Below the pieces are notes generated by a model. It saw only the letters and a program-made list of their open reading frames with translations, searched no databases and had not been told where the DNA came from. Shown in pieces: positions 61,400 through 64,000 of a stretch of 64,000 nt of DNA. The position numbers were made by a program, and so were the translations under genes. Source of the DNA: Scyliorhinus canicula (taxonomy: Eukaryota); NCBI RefSeq assembly GCF_902713615.1, contig NC_052149.1:173341126-173405125 (forward strand), written 5' to 3'. How positions within the stretch are numbered: position 1 is the stretch's first letter; each line of letters begins with the position of its first letter.

Positions 61400-61720
61400 G
61401 ATATTAGGGGGGTGTTGTCCATGATGGATTAGAGAACTTCATTCCAGGACATACCCCCCAGGAGTTCCTCAGGGTAGTATTCTAGGCCCAAACATCTTCA
61501 GCTGATTTATCAATGACCTTCCTTCCTACATAAGGTCAAAAGTGGGGAGATTTACTGATGATCGCACAATGTTCAGCACCATTCGTTACTCCCCAAATAC
61601 TGAAGTAGTCCATGTCATAATACAACAAGACCTGGATAATAACCAAGCTTGGGTTGACAAGTGGCAAGTCACATTTGCGCCACACAATAACATTTCCAAC
61701 AAAAGCCAGAGACAGCATTA
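61400..61720 (+). mobile_element. RT fragment of a second CR1-like LINE family
   Basis: GVPQGSILGPNIFS*FINDLPSYIRSKVGRFTDDRTMFSTI...QQDLDNNQAWVDKWQVTFAP. Confidence 0.85.
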
Positions 61721-61729
61721 ATAGGCACA

Positions 61730-62437
61730 CGCGTGGTTCAGCGTGGGGGAGGGTGGGAAGGCTCTGGGGTGGGGAGTGGTTGGGGAGGATGCTTGGGGTG
61801 AGTGGAGGGGAAGGTTTATGAAAGGGGTTTGGGGAGGAGGACGGCATGGGTGGCGTGAGTGGGCCATGGCATGGCACGATCCAGGGCGGGGGCTGTGCCA
61901 GGTGCAGTCTCATGCGGGGGTGTCCCTGCCAACTCACCCGTGTGGCCCAGTGTAAGTCGGTGCCTTTCTTGCATCACTGGGTGCTGGTTCTCCTCGTGAC
62001 ACTGCCCAAGCTGGCGACCACTGCCACTTCTTCCCAGGTGGCACTGGCTGCCCTGTGGCTTGCTTTCCGGGATCCCCTGCGGGAACAGGACATCCTTCTT
62101 GGCCTCGACTACTTTTAGGAGCCTCCCCAGGTCTGCATTCCCAAATCGTGGGGCCGGTCGTCTCAACGCCATGGCTGCAAGCTGAGTGGGATTGACTGTG
62201 CAAGAGCAATTTATGTGCTACTCTACCTTATTAGCGGAGAGGGGTGGTGGGGGGAGGGGGGGGGGGCTGGCGAGCACGGTCCCAGCGAATCGGCTGCCGA
62301 GCCTTCATTTACCACGTGAAGCCCATGGGGCCTCCTTAAGTGGACCAATTAACGTTGTATTGTGGTGATGATCTCGCCAGGTCAAATGCTGTTCCCACTC
62401 GCTACCACACTTTGAAGCATCTTGGAAGGATCGCGCC
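61730..62437 (-). mobile_element. Harbinger fragment carrying exon 1 of the Myb/SANT-like gene
   Basis: MALRRPAPRFGNADLGRLLKVVEAKKDVLFP from 62172, similar to the gene start at 3422; TIR-like ggaaggatcgcgcc ending at 62437. Confidence 0.75.
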
Positions 62438-62439
62438 AT

Positions 62440-62720
62440 AAAGACGTCAAGGGGTATGGAGGAGAGTGGGAGTATGACGTTGAGACAGAGGATCAGTCAT
62501 GATCATATTGAATGGCAATGCGTGCTCCAGGGTCTGAATTTCTAATAAAACACGGATTAAAGGGATATGGGGAACAGGTAGGGAGGTGAATTTGAGACCA
62601 GGAAGAGATCATCCATGATCTGATTGAATGGTGGAGTAGGCTTGATGGACTGAATTGCCTACTTCTGCTCCTAATTCCTATGTTCCTATGAATGGCCTAC
62701 TTCTGTTCCTATCTTCTATG
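62440..62720 (+). mobile_element. Cluster of nested CR1 3' tails (another at 61135-61250)
   Basis: Repeated aagggatatgggga...gatcagccatgat...gaatggcct...ctcct motifs. Confidence 0.75.
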
Positions 62721-63569
62721 TTTGTAATCACTTGGGTCAATGAAATGCCCAGAACAAATGAAAGCCTGCCCAGAACGAAGATAAGTCCTTCAGAATATTA
62801 TGGTAGAGAAGAAAATAAATATAATTTGTTAATGTCAGCTCATCCGAGAAGCTGCATTAAACAGAGTTAAGCTGCTTGTGTTTTGGACCCAATTGCTTTG
62901 GATACGGAAATTTATCTGGTGTCAATAAATAGGAGGAAAGCATGCCTATTGCCATTTTTAAGAAAAACTAATTAAATTGTGGAAGCGCGCGAGACATTAT
63001 TGCATGAGAGACATCATTTTCTTAGCAGCAATTGCAAAGCAACAGCTTATCTTACTAAATCTGCAAATCCTCGCCACTTCTGAAGCACTTGACTTCTGGA
63101 AATGTAAAAAAAATTCCAAAAATCCAGCATGGGAATGTGTAACTGAAGTCATAAATATTTGACTGATGGCAACAGACAGCCCGTTTCTTGGACCAGACTG
63201 CAGATGTGCCAGTTTTAGTGAAAAATACAAACATAGCATTGTAGCAAAGGTCTGCTTCCATCCATGCAAAGAAAATGACGAGCAATGGGAATATGTCACT
63301 GACAAAGTGAATAGAGTCTCAAAGCTCAGAGAACTTGGCTTGATATCCAGATAAATAAACACAATTAGAAAAATTGTGGCAAGGGAAAAACTGAATACCA
63401 AGTTAAACAAAGAGATATTAGGAAGGGTGACTAAAAGCTTGACTGCTGAGGTGAATTTTAAGGAGGGTCTTAAAAGATAAGAGAAGGATTCGACTTCCGG
63501 GCGGCGAGCGAGGAGGTCGCAGGGAGAGAGGCTCCCGCAAGCGCCAGACAAGGAACCCCCCGACAGGCC

Positions 63570-63695
63570 GGACGGCGGAGGAGGAGAAGCGGCAGCGGCA
63601 GCGGAGGAGGAGCGGCGGCGGAGGAGGAGCGGCGGCGGCGGCGGAGAGGCGGCGGCGGCAGAGGAGCGGCGGCGGAGGAGAGGCAGCGGCGGCGA
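63570..63695. repeat. Imperfect (GGC/GGA/AGC)n trinucleotide tract
   Basis: Read directly from the sequence. Confidence 0.9.
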
Positions 63696-63799
63696 CAGGG
63701 GGGCCCAGCAGCGGCAGGTCCAACCCCTCTCCCTCCCCCCCCCCACGCGGGCCAGGAACGGTGCGGCAGCGGCGGGCCCTCCTTTCTCCCCCCCCCCCC

Positions 63800-64000
63800 A
63801 ACCAGCAGCGGGGACCCCCCCCCAAACCAGCAGCGGGGACCCCCCCCCCAACCAGCAGCGGGGACCCCCCCCAACCAGCAGCGGGGACCCCCCCAACCAG
63901 CAGCGGGGACCCCCCCCAACCAGCAGCGGGGACCCCCCCCCCAACCAGCAGCGGGGACCCCCCCCAACCAGCAGCGGGGACCCCCCCCCCAACCAGCAGC
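63800..64000. repeat. Minisatellite AACCAGCAGCGGGGA(C)n, nine copies (last one partial)
   Basis: Invariant 15-nt core with a C-run of variable length. Confidence 0.95.

Larger units (their letters stand above)
63492..64000 (+). mobile_element. CpG-rich insertion, probably an L1-clade 5' UTR; runs off the window
   Basis: Abrupt AT-to-GC switch at GACTTCCGG followed by ...GGTCGCA...GCTCCCGC, resembling fish/shark L1 5' ends as I recall them; no ORF1 visible in the window. Confidence 0.5.

Noticed and set aside
62997-63992. 331-aa minus-strand ORF
   Set aside because: Translation of the minisatellite and triplet tract running into unrelated intron sequence.

Overview
This is vertebrate genomic DNA, very probably from an elasmobranch. 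The HE1-like V-SINEs, HER1/CR1 LINEs and GC-rich Harbinger MITEs suggest a catshark, but that is an inference from repeat content. The only host coding sequence I can support is one internal exon of the serotonin 5-HT4 receptor gene (HTR4) on the minus strand, 60418-59865, covering ECL2 through TM5-TM7 and the common C-tail. I could not recognise any known HTR4 C-terminal exon in the ~60 kb downstream. The rest is a dense, nested mosaic of transposable elements. These include four large CR1 copies (two of them young), Rex1, L1/Tx1 and L2 fragments, Gypsy gag and solo LTRs, a Copia RNase H fragment, three decayed PIF/Harbinger elements with many MITEs, and several modular SINE families. Most six-frame ORFs in the GC-rich stretches are artefacts of MITEs. 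The most unusual items are: (1) a young 1,051-bp Mutator-like foldback element with 128-bp repeat-built TIRs, a 9-bp TSD and unrecognised cargo; (2) SINEs whose 3' hairpin tail resembles the Rex1 3' end; (3) an in-frame stop at the HTR4 splice donor; (4) locally templated duplications at Harbinger breakpoints; (5) a twin-priming-type L1 inversion. I see no evidence of a new multi-gene system. Coordinates of decayed repeats are approximate.
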